From positions 3,552,001-3,616,000 of the forward strand of contig OZ254086.1 of NCBI GenBank assembly GCA_965267575.1: DNA of 64,000 nt, read 5' to 3'. This stretch comes from Calditrichales bacterium. GTDB lineage: Bacteria > Calditrichota > Calditrichia > Calditrichales > J004. This document shows, piece after piece, positions 10,270 through 20,725 of the stretch (position 1 is its first letter; each line of letters begins with the position of its first letter). The notes beneath the pieces were generated by a model. The model searched no databases and was not told the DNA's origin. It saw only the letters and a program-made list of their open reading frames with translations. Both the position numbers and the translations under genes were made by a program.

Positions 10270-10496
10270 TAGATGTCCTTCCTCAAATAAACTATTTCTC
10301 AATAATAAAGATGCACAGACTATGTTCTAAAAGCAATGGGCGGACATTAAATTTATCATTGGCGGGCAAAGAAAGGCCGGCTTTTTGGCAGATTGCGCCG
10401 ACGCATCAAAAATTTGTATTATTAATCGAATATATTTGTTAACATTACGGTTATACTTTTTGATTTTTTGTCTGTTATGAAAAGGGCAGGCTTCAG

Positions 10497-10724
10497 ATGA
10501 ACGACTATATGTTTACGCAAAAGAAAAAGATTGAAATCGATAAATGGAACGAAGGATGTCGTATCCAGTGCGACCCCGGCGAAGAGTACATTATGGGCTG
10601 GATTGAAGTAAACGGCGGCTGGTTTCGCTCTGCCTGGGATCAATCTTTATGCAAAAACTGCTGTCTTGTAAAAAGATGCGGTTTTAAGCTGCGCCACGAG
10701 TGCGGCGAATTCCAGCAGCGCTGA
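10497..10724 (+). CDS. Small Cys-rich hypothetical protein
   Basis: 75 aa with a C-terminal CxxCCxxxxC-x7-C cluster; occupies the intergenic gap. Confidence 0.6.
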   Translation: MNDYMFTQKKKIEIDKWNEGCRIQCDPGEEYIMGWIEVNGGWFRSAWDQSLCKNCCLVKRCGFKLRHECGEFQQR

Positions 10725-10886
10725 CTGCCGTAACCTCTGTTTATATTCTCTCGCCTTCATTAGTTTTGTTTTTCACATTCGTTATTCAATTAACATTTTT
10801 GTCTATTAAAAGCCTTTACACTGTTATATATTAAAGGCAACGCCAAACTCAATTGCCCTAAACTCAAAAACATACTGTTTACCTGA

Positions 10887-11315
10887 ATGGATACATTGAT
10901 AGATCCGGGAACTTTTCCATGGACGCTGCTGGCGTATGCGGCAGGCGTATTTTTTCTAGTAGCTTTTATGATTGCATTGTCCCACTTCCTGGGCCAGCGC
11001 CACAACGAACGTGAAACCGCCGAACCTTTTGAATCCGGTGTTAAAACCACGGGCGGAGCGCAAGTCCGGTTCTCTGTTCATTTTTACCTTGTCGCGATGC
11101 TTTTTGTCATATTTGACCTTGAGGTTGCTTTCCTCGTGGCCTGGGCGATCGCGTTCAAGCAGGTCGGTTGGGTCGGCTTTGCCGCCGCCTCTCTTTTTAT
11201 CTTTTTATTGATTGTTGTATTGCTTTATGAATGGCGCATCGGCGCGCTCGATTTTGCCGCCAGCGGAAAAGAAATCGTTAAACGAATGCGAAAACTGAAA
11301 GCGGGTAATCTATGA
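10887..11315 (+). CDS. nuoA: NADH-quinone oxidoreductase subunit A
   Basis: PFESG and [14 protein letters not shown] motifs; three TM helices. Confidence 0.97.
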   Translation: MDTLIDPGTFPWTLLAYAAGVFFLVAFMIALSHFLGQRHNERETAEPFESGVKTTGGAQVRFSVHFYLVAMLFVIFDLEVAFLVAWAIAFKQVGWVGFAAASLFIFLLIVVLLYEWRIGALDFAASGKEIVKRMRKLKAGNL

Positions 11316-11950
11316 AATGGTGGGTGTCCAACGCCGCTGACCCCGGAAAAATAACCGGCGGCAATTCCAACTTTGAAGAAGTACTCCAGAAAAATTTTGT
11401 GTTCAGCCGTCTGCAGGATTTAATCGCCTGGGGGCGCAAGAACAGCATGTGGCCGTTTAACTTTGGATTGAGTTGCTGCTATGTGGAAATGGCCACCAGC
11501 CTGACCAGCCGCTACGATGTGGCCCGTTTTGGCGCTGAAGTGATCCGCGGTACTCCGAGAGAAGCCGATGTAATGATCACCGCTGGAACAATTTTTGTGA
11601 AAATGGTGCCGGCCATCAAGCGGCTGTACGAACAGATGATGGAGCCGCGCTGGGTAATTTCAATGGGTTCTTGCTCAAACTCCGGGGGCATGTACGATAT
11701 TTATAGCGTCGTGCAGGGTGTAGACAAATTTTTGCCCGTTGATGTTTATGTGCCGGGCTGCCCGCCCAGACCGGATGCCTTTCTGGAAGGATTGGTATTA
11801 TTGCGTGAAGCAGTCGGAAAAGAAAAAAGACCCTTAAGCTGGGTCGTTGGACCAGGGGAAGTTATTAAGCCTGGAAAGGAATCACAAAGGGACCTGAGAC
11901 GCGAAGAACGCGGAAAAATGACGGATCTGCGCACACCCGACCAAATCTGA
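11312..11950 (+). CDS. nuoB: NADH-quinone oxidoreductase subunit B
   Basis: [14 protein letters not shown] and PGCPPRP (N2 ligands). Confidence 0.98.
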   Translation: MKWWVSNAADPGKITGGNSNFEEVLQKNFVFSRLQDLIAWGRKNSMWPFNFGLSCCYVEMATSLTSRYDVARFGAEVIRGTPREADVMITAGTIFVKMVPAIKRLYEQMMEPRWVISMGSCSNSGGMYDIYSVVQGVDKFLPVDVYVPGCPPRPDAFLEGLVLLREAVGKEKRPLSWVVGPGEVIKPGKESQRDLRREERGKMTDLRTPDQI

Positions 11951-11960
11951 AACGGATCAT

Positions 11961-13709
11961 ATGCCAGCAAAACATCCTGTACTGGAAAAACTGCAAAGCA
12001 AGCTCGGAGAAAGCCGTTTTAGTGTTCAGCAAACGGCAGATGAAATTCCAACAGCCTGGATATCCGCAGAAAAAGTTGTGGAGGCTTTGGATTTTCTAAA
12101 AAAAAGAATCGATAAACCGTACCGCATGCTCTATGATCTGACCGCCATCGATGAACGTCCCCGTCAGAAAAAGAACGGCTGCCCGGACTGCGATTTTTCC
12201 GTGGTCTACCACTTATTGTCTTTTGAACGCAACGAAGACATCCGCATAAAAATACCCCTTGATGATGACAGCCTGGCGCTTTCCAGCGCGACACCGCTTT
12301 TCCCGAACGCCAACTGGTACGAGCGCGAAGTGTACGATATGTTTGGCGTGGTTTTTAACGGACACCCTCATCTAAAGCGCATTTTGATGCCTCCCACCTG
12401 GGAAGGCCACCCGTTGCGCAAAGAGCATCCGGCCCGGGCGACGGAAATGGGTCCGCTTGAGCTGACGGCCGAGAAGCAGGAAAAAGAACAGAACGCGCTG
12501 CAATTCAAGCCGGAAGAGTGGGGCATGGAGCGTTCTTCCGATGACAATGATTTTATTTTCCTAAATCTGGGCCCGCAGCACCCCGGTACCCACGGCGTGT
12601 TGCGTCTCGTTTTACAGCTGGAGGGTGAGGAGATTGTGGATGTCGTCCCAGACATCGGTTTCCATCATCGCGGGGCTGAAAAAATGGCCGAGCGCCAGTC
12701 CTGGCACACTTTTATCCCATACACAGACCGCATCGATTACCTCGGTGGGGTAATGAACAATCTGCCCTACGTAATGGCCGTTGAAAAGCTGGCGGGCATC
12801 GAGGTGCCGGAGCGGGCGCAGGTAATACGGGTTATGCTGTGCGAACTGTTCCGAATTGCCAGCCACCTGGTTTGGTACGGCACGTTTGCCCAGGATATCG
12901 GGCAGCTTTCGCCTGTCTTTTACATGTTCAGCGACCGTGAACGCATTTTTGATATTGTGGCGGCCATCTGCGGAGACCGCATGCATCCCAACTGGTTCCG
13001 CATTGGCGGCGTGGCCCAGGATCTGCCCAAAGGCTGGGATAAGGCAATCGGAGATTTTATAAAACAATTTCCCAAACGGCTAAAAGAATTCAACAGCCTG
13101 GTGATGAAGAATCAGGTTATCAAGTCGCGCACAGTTGGTATTGGCGCCTACACGACAGACGAGGCTATAGACTGGGGCATAACAGGACCCGGCCTGCGCG
13201 CCACCGGTTTCGACTGGGATTTCCGCAAAAAACGACCCTATTCGGGCTATGAAAATTTTGATTTTGATATACCGACAGCGCAAAACGGGGACTCGTTTGA
13301 CCGTGCCGTTGTGCGCATTGAAGAGATGAATCAAAGCCTGCGCATAATTGACCAGTGCATCAAAAACATGCCGGAGGGTCATTATAAGTCGGACCACCCG
13401 CTGACAACACCGCCGCGCAAAGACAGAACAATGAAAGACATCGAAACGCTGATTACCCATTTTCTGGGTGTAACCTGGGGACCTGTTATCCCGGCGGGTG
13501 AAGCATTTGTGGGTATAGAGGCTACCAAAGGCAATAACGGCTATTACCTGATAAGTGATGGCAGCACCAGCCCTTACCGAGCCCGCATTAGAACGCCTTC
13601 TTTCCCGGCCTTGCAAATGGTACCCTATATCAGCAAAGGCCATACGGTGGCCGATTTGCTGGCGATTCTGGGCAGTGTGGATTACGTGCTGGCCGACCTG
13701 GACCGCTGA
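11961..13709 (+). CDS. nuoC: NADH-quinone oxidoreductase fused subunit C/D
   Basis: ANWYERE and GHPLRK (C part); [11 protein letters not shown] and terminal DLDR (D part). Confidence 0.98.
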   Translation: MPAKHPVLEKLQSKLGESRFSVQQTADEIPTAWISAEKVVEALDFLKKRIDKPYRMLYDLTAIDERPRQKKNGCPDCDFSVVYHLLSFERNEDIRIKIPLDDDSLALSSATPLFPNANWYEREVYDMFGVVFNGHPHLKRILMPPTWEGHPLRKEHPARATEMGPLELTAEKQEKEQNALQFKPEEWGMERSSDDNDFIFLNLGPQHPGTHGVLRLVLQLEGEEIVDVVPDIGFHHRGAEKMAERQSWHTFIPYTDRIDYLGGVMNNLPYVMAVEKLAGIEVPERAQVIRVMLCELFRIASHLVWYGTFAQDIGQLSPVFYMFSDRERIFDIVAAICGDRMHPNWFRIGGVAQDLPKGWDKAIGDFIKQFPKRLKEFNSLVMKNQVIKSRTVGIGAYTTDEAIDWGITGPGLRATGFDWDFRKKRPYSGYENFDFDIPTAQNGDSFDRAVVRIEEMNQSLRIIDQCIKNMPEGHYKSDHPLTTPPRKDRTMKDIETLITHFLGVTWGPVIPAGEAFVGIEATKGNNGYYLISDGSTSPYRARIRTPSFPALQMVPYISKGHTVADLLAILGSVDYVLADLDR

Positions 13710-13730
13710 CAGAGAGAGATCAAAAAGCAA

Positions 13731-14195
13731 ATGTTACACGAAGAAGACAAAAAAAAGATAGAAGAGCACATCGCGCATTACCCGCAACGCCGCGTGGCCT
13801 GCATCGACGCTTTGAAAGTGGTGCAGGACAGGGACGGCTGGGTGTCTGACCAGAGTGTAAAAGACATCGCTGAATTCCTGGATATGTCGCCCGATGAAGT
13901 GGACAATGTGGCAACGTTCTACAACCTGGTATTTCGCAAGCCGGTTGGCAAACATGTGATTTTGGTGTGTGACAGCGTCAGCTGCTGGATTATGGATTAT
14001 GACAAAATCCTCGAACATTTGCACCAAAAGCTGGGCATCCGCATGGGTGAGACCACGGAAGACAAGCGTTTTACGTTGCTGCCGATCCCATGCCTGGGCA
14101 TTTGCGATAAGGCGCCGGCGCTGATGATAGACAACGATTTGCATACGGATGTCAGTGTAGAAAAGCTGGACAAAATTCTGGAGGATTATGCCTGA
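13731..14195 (+). CDS. nuoE: NADH-quinone oxidoreductase subunit E
   Basis: VATFY, CDSVSC and CLGICDKAP motifs. Confidence 0.97.
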   Translation: MLHEEDKKKIEEHIAHYPQRRVACIDALKVVQDRDGWVSDQSVKDIAEFLDMSPDEVDNVATFYNLVFRKPVGKHVILVCDSVSCWIMDYDKILEHLHQKLGIRMGETTEDKRFTLLPIPCLGICDKAPALMIDNDLHTDVSVEKLDKILEDYA

Positions 14196-15480
14196 CAAGA
14201 GCGCGGAAAAACCGCTTACCGGACATATTCGCGACGACCGCCGGCCGCTAACACTGAAAGAGTATGAAAAAACGGGCGGCTATGAAGCAGTCCGCAAAGT
14301 ACTAAAAAAGATGAGCCCGAAAGACGTCCGGAAAGAGGTTAAGGATTCCGGTCTTAAAGGGCGTGGTGGTGCCGGTTTTTCTGCCGGCATGAAGTGGGGC
14401 TTTGTCTCCGATGACATGGAGAAGTTCCCGCAGCGCTATCTTGTGGCCAATGCCGATGAAATGGAGCCGGGCACGTTTAAAGACCGCCTGCTGCTTGAGG
14501 GATCGCCGCACCAGCTTATTGAAGGCATGATCCTGAGCGCTTACGCTATTCAGGCCAATACATCGTATGTGTTTTTGCGCTGGGCCTACAAGACATCGGA
14601 GAAAAATATAAACCAGGCCATCCGCGAAGCTTATGAAGCCGGCTACCTGGGCAAAAACATTATGGGCTCCGGCTTTTCGCTGGATATGTACCTGCACGTA
14701 AGCGTGGGACGCTACATGTGCGGTGAAGAGACCGGCCTGCTTAACGCGCTGGAAGGCAAACGGGCTACGCCGCGGGCCAAACCGCCTTATCCGCAGGTGA
14801 GCGGCCTCTTTGGCAAACCGACGATCGTAAACAATGTTGAGACATTGTGCTGTGTACCGCACATCATTAACAAAGGCGCGCAGTGGTTCAAGGATTTAAG
14901 CGCCACCGGTGAAGGCGGCACAAAACTTTACGGCGTATCGGGCAAAGTAAAAAATCCGGGATTGTGGGAGTTGCCGCTGGGTGTTACGATGCGTGAAATC
15001 CTCTTTGAACACGCCGGAGGCATGCGTGACGGGCTGGCTTTTCGCGGGGCCTTGCCGGGAGGCGCATCGACGGACTTTCTGGTGGAAGAACACCTGGATA
15101 TCCCGATGGACTATGCCAATGTAACGGAGGCCGGCAGCCGCCTGGGTACGGGCACCATGATCGTTCTGGACGACAAAACCTGTCCGGTCGGCATGGTGCG
15201 TAACCTGGAGCGCTTTTTCGCACAGGAATCCTGCGGCTGGTGCACACCCTGCCGGGAAGGACTGCCCTGGGTGGCGCGTATTCTGGCGGCCATGGAGGAA
15301 GGTAAAGGACGTGAAGACGATATCGATGTGCTGAACATGCACTCCAGGTATCTGGGACCCGGGCACACATTCTGCGCGTTGGCACCGGGCGCGGTCGAGC
15401 CGCTGCAAAGCGCGATCAAATATTTTCGCGAAGATTTTGAGCGTCACATTCATGAAAAACGCTGTCCCTGGAGGACTTAG
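14188..15480 (+). CDS. nuoF: NADH-quinone oxidoreductase subunit F
   Basis: GRGGAGF, NADEMEPG, YMCGEET and ESCGWCTPCREG motifs. Confidence 0.98.
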   Translation: MPDKSAEKPLTGHIRDDRRPLTLKEYEKTGGYEAVRKVLKKMSPKDVRKEVKDSGLKGRGGAGFSAGMKWGFVSDDMEKFPQRYLVANADEMEPGTFKDRLLLEGSPHQLIEGMILSAYAIQANTSYVFLRWAYKTSEKNINQAIREAYEAGYLGKNIMGSGFSLDMYLHVSVGRYMCGEETGLLNALEGKRATPRAKPPYPQVSGLFGKPTIVNNVETLCCVPHIINKGAQWFKDLSATGEGGTKLYGVSGKVKNPGLWELPLGVTMREILFEHAGGMRDGLAFRGALPGGASTDFLVEEHLDIPMDYANVTEAGSRLGTGTMIVLDDKTCPVGMVRNLERFFAQESCGWCTPCREGLPWVARILAAMEEGKGREDDIDVLNMHSRYLGPGHTFCALAPGAVEPLQSAIKYFREDFERHIHEKRCPWRT

Positions 15481-18158
15481 TGGCAAAGATTTTTATTGAC
15501 GGTAAAGAATACGATGTAGACGATAAAAAGAACCTGCTGGAGGTTTGTCTCTCGCTCGGGCTGGATCTGCCGTATTTCTGCTGGCACCCGGCGATGGATT
15601 CCGTGGGAGCATGCCGGCAGTGTGCCGTAAGCATGTTTAAGGACGAAAACGATAAGGACGGCAAACTGGTGATGGCCTGCATGGAGCCGGCAAAAGGGGG
15701 CACGCGTATTTCGCTGGAACACCCCGAAGCGCGCACCTTCCGCAAAGAGGTCATCGAATGGCTGATGACCAACCACCCCCACGATTGCCCTGTGTGCGAC
15801 GAAGGCGGTGAATGCCACCTGCAGGATATGACCGTGATGACCGGCCATGATTACCGCCGTTTTCGCTTCAACAAGCGCACATACAAAAACCAGTACCTGG
15901 GCCCTTTCATCAACCATGAAATGAATCGCTGCATACAATGCTACCGCTGCGTGCGCTTTTACCGCGATTACGCCGGCGGCAATGATCTGGATGTTTTTTC
16001 CGCCCACAACCATGTTTATTTCGGGCGCCATGAAGACGGCGTTTTGGAAAACGAATTCAGCGGTAACCTGGTGGAAGTTTGCCCCACAGGCGTCTTTACG
16101 GACAAAACGTTAAAAAAACATTATACGCGTAAATGGGACTTAACGACGGCGCCGTCTGTTTGCACGCAATGCGGCCTGGGCTGCAATATTATTCCGGGGG
16201 AACGCTATGGCGGTTTACGCCGCATTATGGGCCGTTATAACGGGGAAGTGAACGGTTATTTTATCTGCGACCGCGGGCGCTTCGGATATGAGTATGTGAA
16301 CAGCGAAAAGCGCGTTCGGGATATTTTGCATAAAAAGAATGACGGTAATTTAGAAAAAGTAAACAGCGTTCAGGCGCTGAATGCGATCCGCGGGATGTTG
16401 AAGGAGAATGCCATTGGTATTGGCTCACCGCGGGCATCGCTGGAATCCAATTTTGCCCTGCGCGACCTGGTTGGCAGGGATAATTTTTACAGTGGCATGA
16501 ATAAGGCAGAGCAGGAACTGACGAATTTATCGCTGAAAATTCTGCAAAAAGGACCTGTCACTGCTGCATCATTGAAGGATATCCGTGAAGCCGATGCCGT
16601 GCTTGTGCTGGGTGAAGATCTGACCAACACAGCGCCGATGATGGCGCTGGCCGTGCGCCAGGCTGTAAAAAACAAACCTAAGCAAAAGCTGGCGGAACTG
16701 GGTATCCAGGAGTGGCATGCCGAGGCAGCAAAAGAAGCCATCCAGGATGAAAGGGGTCCGTTCTATCTGGCCACACCGGCCCAGACAAAACTTGAAAATA
16801 TCAGCACGGAAAGTCTGCATGCCGCTCCCGCAGATATTGCCCGGTTGGGATTTGCCGTAGCCCGTGCGCTGGACAAAAATGCGCCGGACGCGCAGGGTGG
16901 AAAAGAGCATGAAAAACTGGCGTCTCAAATAGCTGCAGCGCTCAGGGATTCCGCAAAGCCTGTCATTATCAGCGGGTTCGGCTGTGGTGACGCGGGTGTT
17001 ATGATGGCCGCGGCCAATGTGGCCAAAGCCCTGCAGCAGCACAACCCTGAAACGCGGATAGCATTGACCGTTCAGGAAAATAACAGCATCGGCAATGCGT
17101 TGCTTGAGGGAGAAGAGATTGAAGCGGCCTTTGCCCGGGCGGAAAAAGGAGAGATTGAAACCGTCGTTATTTTAGAGAATGATCTTTCCCGCCGCGCCGG
17201 GAAAGAGAAAGTCGACGCCTTTTTGAAGAAGTGTAAAAACGTCATTGTACTGGATCACCTGAAAAACAGGACCGCTCAAGAGGCGGACTGGCTTTTGCCT
17301 GCGGCTACCTTCGCTGAAGCCGATGGAACGTTCGTTAATAACGAAGGCCGGGCGCAGCGCTTTTTTAAAGTATTTGCGGAAACGGAAGACAGCACATCCG
17401 CGTCTTGGCGTTGGCTTACACAACTGGCTTTGGAAAAAGCACTTTCTCACCAGGCGCTTCTGGAAAAAATGATTGCTGAAATGCCCCAATTAAGCGCCGT
17501 AAAAGATATCGCGCCGCCACCGGGCTTCCGCGTCAACGGCCAGAAACTGCCCCGTGAGTCACACCGCTACAGCGGGCGCACGGCGATGCATGCCAACAAA
17601 GATGTGAACGAGCCAAAACCGCCACAGGATGAAGACAGTCCTTTTTCATTCACCATGGAAGGCTATCGCGGCAAACCGCCATCGAGCGCCATACCGTTTT
17701 TCTGGTCACCGGGCTGGAACTCGGTGCAATCGATAAACAAGTACCAGATTGAGGTGGGCGGGCCGTTGCATGGCGGTGACCCCGGAAAGCGTCTTTTTGA
17801 GGGCGGAAAAAACGGGGACTTCAATTATTTTCAAAATAGTCCTGCCGGACCTGAGCGAAAAAAAGGGCAATGGCTGGCCGTTCCGGGCTGGCATATTTTC
17901 GGCTCCGAAGAGCTGAGCGTGCACACTGAGGGTCTTGCGGAGCGCATGCCGCAGCCCTATGTCAAACTTAACTCAAAAGACACGAAAAGTCTTGGCCTAA
18001 AAACCGGGGAGACTGTTTCGGTAAAAAGCGAAAATACACATCTGAAAGCAGAGCTTTCGATCGACGATACCCTGCCGCAGGGTTTGGCGATTGTGCCTGC
18101 CGGACTGCCGGGTATGGACTTTATGGCGCTGCCGGGCATCGTAACAATCGAAAAGTAG
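15480..18158 (+). CDS. nuoG: NADH-quinone oxidoreductase subunit G
   Basis: PYFCWHP, GACRQC, HPHDCPVCDEGGEC, CIQCYRC and the N7 motif CTQCGLGC...CDRG; GTG start. Confidence 0.97.
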   Translation: MAKIFIDGKEYDVDDKKNLLEVCLSLGLDLPYFCWHPAMDSVGACRQCAVSMFKDENDKDGKLVMACMEPAKGGTRISLEHPEARTFRKEVIEWLMTNHPHDCPVCDEGGECHLQDMTVMTGHDYRRFRFNKRTYKNQYLGPFINHEMNRCIQCYRCVRFYRDYAGGNDLDVFSAHNHVYFGRHEDGVLENEFSGNLVEVCPTGVFTDKTLKKHYTRKWDLTTAPSVCTQCGLGCNIIPGERYGGLRRIMGRYNGEVNGYFICDRGRFGYEYVNSEKRVRDILHKKNDGNLEKVNSVQALNAIRGMLKENAIGIGSPRASLESNFALRDLVGRDNFYSGMNKAEQELTNLSLKILQKGPVTAASLKDIREADAVLVLGEDLTNTAPMMALAVRQAVKNKPKQKLAELGIQEWHAEAAKEAIQDERGPFYLATPAQTKLENISTESLHAAPADIARLGFAVARALDKNAPDAQGGKEHEKLASQIAAALRDSAKPVIISGFGCGDAGVMMAAANVAKALQQHNPETRIALTVQENNSIGNALLEGEEIEAAFARAEKGEIETVVILENDLSRRAGKEKVDAFLKKCKNVIVLDHLKNRTAQEADWLLPAATFAEADGTFVNNEGRAQRFFKVFAETEDSTSASWRWLTQLALEKALSHQALLEKMIAEMPQLSAVKDIAPPPGFRVNGQKLPRESHRYSGRTAMHANKDVNEPKPPQDEDSPFSFTMEGYRGKPPSSAIPFFWSPGWNSVQSINKYQIEVGGPLHGGDPGKRLFEGGKNGDFNYFQNSPAGPERKKGQWLAVPGWHIFGSEELSVHTEGLAERMPQPYVKLNSKDTKSLGLKTGETVSVKSENTHLKAELSIDDTLPQGLAIVPAGLPGMDFMALPGIVTIEK

Positions 18159-18174
18159 AAGGACGATTTTGTAA

Positions 18175-19122
18175 ATGACACTGAACCAGATAATCCTGAT
18201 TGTATCCGTGCTGCTTACGGTAATGACCATGGCGGCCGGCCTGATTTGGCTGGAACGGCGTTTGCTGGCGCTGTGGCAGGATCGCTATGGCCCCAACCGG
18301 GTAGGGCCGTTCGGTTTATTCCAGGTGCTGGCCGATATGATCAAGATTTTCTTTAAAGAAGACTGGATTCCGCCGTTTGCCGATCGCAAGGTTTTTGTGT
18401 TCGCGCCGGCCATTGTGCTGTGTGTTGTGCTGCTCAGTTTCGCCATCATTCCGTTTGCGCCGGGCCTAATAATCAGTGATCTGAATATCGGCATTCTGTT
18501 TTTCCTGGCCATGTCATCGATGGGCGTGTACAGCGTGGTTCTGGGCGGCTGGGCGTCCAATAATAAATACTCCCTGCTGGGCGCCATGCGTGCCTCGGCG
18601 CAGATGATCACGTATGAAGTTTTTATGGGGTTGTCACTTTTGGGCGTGGTGATGCTGGCAGGCTCCTTCCGGCTCACGGAGATTGTTGCCGCGCAGGAAT
18701 CGGTATGGTTTGCTTTTGTGCAGCCTGTGGGACTGGTGGCCTTCCTGATTGCGGCGATTGCCGAGACACACCGCCTGCCTTTTGATATTCCGGAGGCGGA
18801 AAGTGAACTGATTGCCGGCTACCACTCCGAATATTCGGGTATGAAATTCGGCATGTTTTTCGTCGGTGAGTATGTCGGTGTAACACTGATCTCGGCTTTG
18901 ACCGTTACGCTGTTTTTTGGCGGCTGGCTGGGGCCGGACTTTTTGCCGCCATTGGCCTGGTTCGGCATTAAAACGTTCGTACTTATTTGCTTTTTTATTT
19001 TGTTAAGAGCTTCCTTGCCACGACCGCGCTACGATCAACTGCTGTCCTACGGCTGGAAGTTGCTGCTGCCGTTGACCCTGTTGAATTTGCTTGTGACGGC
19101 GGCGGTTTTACTGGCGTGGTAG
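18175..19122 (+). CDS. nuoH: NADH-quinone oxidoreductase subunit H
   Basis: [26 protein letters not shown] and RPRYDQL motifs. Confidence 0.98.
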   Translation: MTLNQIILIVSVLLTVMTMAAGLIWLERRLLALWQDRYGPNRVGPFGLFQVLADMIKIFFKEDWIPPFADRKVFVFAPAIVLCVVLLSFAIIPFAPGLIISDLNIGILFFLAMSSMGVYSVVLGGWASNNKYSLLGAMRASAQMITYEVFMGLSLLGVVMLAGSFRLTEIVAAQESVWFAFVQPVGLVAFLIAAIAETHRLPFDIPEAESELIAGYHSEYSGMKFGMFFVGEYVGVTLISALTVTLFFGGWLGPDFLPPLAWFGIKTFVLICFFILLRASLPRPRYDQLLSYGWKLLLPLTLLNLLVTAAVLLAW

Positions 19123-19168
19123 AGGTGAGCTAGAGTTTTAAAGCGGAATACCAGGGAAAGAAATACAA

Positions 19169-19197
19169 CCCCCTGGCCCCCTTTGTTAAGAGGGGAT
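19169..19197. repeat. REP-like palindrome in the nuoH-nuoI spacer
   Basis: CCCCCTGGCCCCCTTTGTTAAGAGGGGAT, C-run/G-run hairpin. Confidence 0.5.
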
Positions 19198-19227
19198 TTG
19201 AGTTTGAATAAAAAAACCGGGAGAAAA

Positions 19228-19743
19228 ATGTTAAGCCATCTGAGAAGTCTGTGGATTGCCTTTAGCCATATGTTCCGTAAGCGTGAAACAGTGCAGTATC
19301 CGGAAGAGAAACCTTATCTGCCGCCACGCTGGCGGGGCCGCATCGTATTGACGCGTGACCCTGACGGCGGGGAACGCTGCGTGGGCTGCTATCTCTGCGC
19401 CGCGGCATGTCCCGTGGATTGTATCGCCCTGCAGGCCACGGAAGATGAGCATGGCCGGCGCTACCCGGAGTTTTTTAGGATCAATTTTTCACGCTGCATT
19501 TTTTGCGGCTATTGCGAAGAAGCTTGTCCAACATACGCCATTCAGCTGATTCCCGATTTTGAAATGGGTGAATATGATCGCCAGAACCTGGTGTATGAAA
19601 AAGAGCATTTGCAAATTGCAGGGCAGGGTAAATACCCCGGCTACCACTATTACAAAGTAGCGGGTTTGAAAATTAAAGATAAAGACAAAGGCGAAGCGGA
19701 AGGCGAAGATCCGCCTGTGGATATACGCAGTCTGCTTCCTTGA
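19228..19743 (+). CDS. nuoI: NADH-quinone oxidoreductase subunit I
   Basis: Two CxxCxxCxxxCP motifs; ATG at 19228 after GGAG. Confidence 0.97.
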   Translation: MLSHLRSLWIAFSHMFRKRETVQYPEEKPYLPPRWRGRIVLTRDPDGGERCVGCYLCAAACPVDCIALQATEDEHGRRYPEFFRINFSRCIFCGYCEEACPTYAIQLIPDFEMGEYDRQNLVYEKEHLQIAGQGKYPGYHYYKVAGLKIKDKDKGEAEGEDPPVDIRSLLP

Positions 19744-19886
19744 AAGTGTTAATGTGTTGGTGTGTTAAAGTGTTAAAGTGTTAAAGTGTTAAAGTTTAAT
19801 AATCATGATCTTGTTCATGATCATGATCAAACACTCGAGACACCAAGACATCATGACATCAAGACTTAAGGACTTCGGGACTTAAA
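19743..19886 (+). repeat. Composite short tandem repeat: (AAAGTGTT)n - hexamers - (AAGACATC-like)n
   Basis: Six to seven 8-bp AAAGTGTT-type units, AATCAT/GATCAT hexamers, then about seven nnGACwyy octamers. Confidence 0.9.
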
Positions 19887-19891
19887 ACAAA

Positions 19892-20419
19892 ATGATCTGG
19901 TTTTTCTACATCGCGGCGGCTGTGGCCATTTTTGCCACGGTAATGGTTATTACCCGGCTTAACGCCGTGCATGCACTATTATATCTGATTGTATCGCTGC
20001 TGGCAGTTGCGGTAATCTTTTTCCTTTTGGGCGCGCCCTTTATCGCGGCCCTGGAGGTTATCGTTTACGCCGGTGCCATCATGGTACTATTTGTTTTTGT
20101 GGTGATGATGCTGAACCTTGGCCAGGAAGGTGTGCGCCAGGAAAAAAAATGGCTGCAGCCTAAAATGTGGATCGGTCCCGGTGTGCTGGCGCTGATACTC
20201 ATTGTGGAGTTTGCGTTGATTTTCGGTCATACCGGTATGCGTGCCAGCGGGGGCCATACCATGGTCGATCCGGCTGAGGTGGGCACTGCCTTATTCAGCA
20301 AATACCTGCTGGGTGTTGAGTTGAGCGCTTTTCTGCTGATGGCAGGATTGATTGGCGCCTGGCACCTGGGCAGGAAGAAAAAGGAATCCATTCACCGCTT
20401 TCTTAAGGAAGAGCAATGA
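19892..20419 (+). CDS. nuoJ: NADH-quinone oxidoreductase subunit J
   Basis: [17 protein letters not shown] motif. Confidence 0.97.
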   Translation: MIWFFYIAAAVAIFATVMVITRLNAVHALLYLIVSLLAVAVIFFLLGAPFIAALEVIVYAGAIMVLFVFVVMMLNLGQEGVRQEKKWLQPKMWIGPGVLALILIVEFALIFGHTGMRASGGHTMVDPAEVGTALFSKYLLGVELSAFLLMAGLIGAWHLGRKKKESIHRFLKEEQ

Positions 20420-20724
20420 TACAGATACCGCTGCAAACAGGTCTGATGCTGGGCGCGATACTGTTTCTTCTCGGATTGGTGGGCGTGCTTGTCAGGCGCA
20501 ATGTGATCTTTATGCTGATGTCTGTGGAGATCATGCTCAATGCCGCGGGACTGACATTTATTTTTGCGGCATCGCGCTGGGGACAGGCGGATGGCCAGGT
20601 GATGTTTATTTTTATTTTGGCTATGGCTGCCGCGGAAGTAGCTGTTGGCCTGGCGCTGGTGCTTCAGCTTTACCGGAAATTCAAAACGCTGGATGCCGAC
20701 GCGGCGGGAAGGATGAAAGGTTAA
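20416..20724 (+). CDS. nuoK: NADH-quinone oxidoreductase subunit K
   Basis: [16 protein letters not shown] and [10 protein letters not shown] motifs. Confidence 0.97.
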   Translation: MIQIPLQTGLMLGAILFLLGLVGVLVRRNVIFMLMSVEIMLNAAGLTFIFAASRWGQADGQVMFIFILAMAAAEVAVGLALVLQLYRKFKTLDADAAGRMKG

Positions 20725-20725
20725 T

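Noticed and set aside
10270..10496. Cobalamin riboswitch upstream of the corrinoid cluster
   Set aside because: No B12-box or GGGAA core motifs recognised.
19743..19886. Possible CRISPR array
   Set aside because: Units are 6-8 bp tandem repeats without unique spacers, and no cas genes are present.
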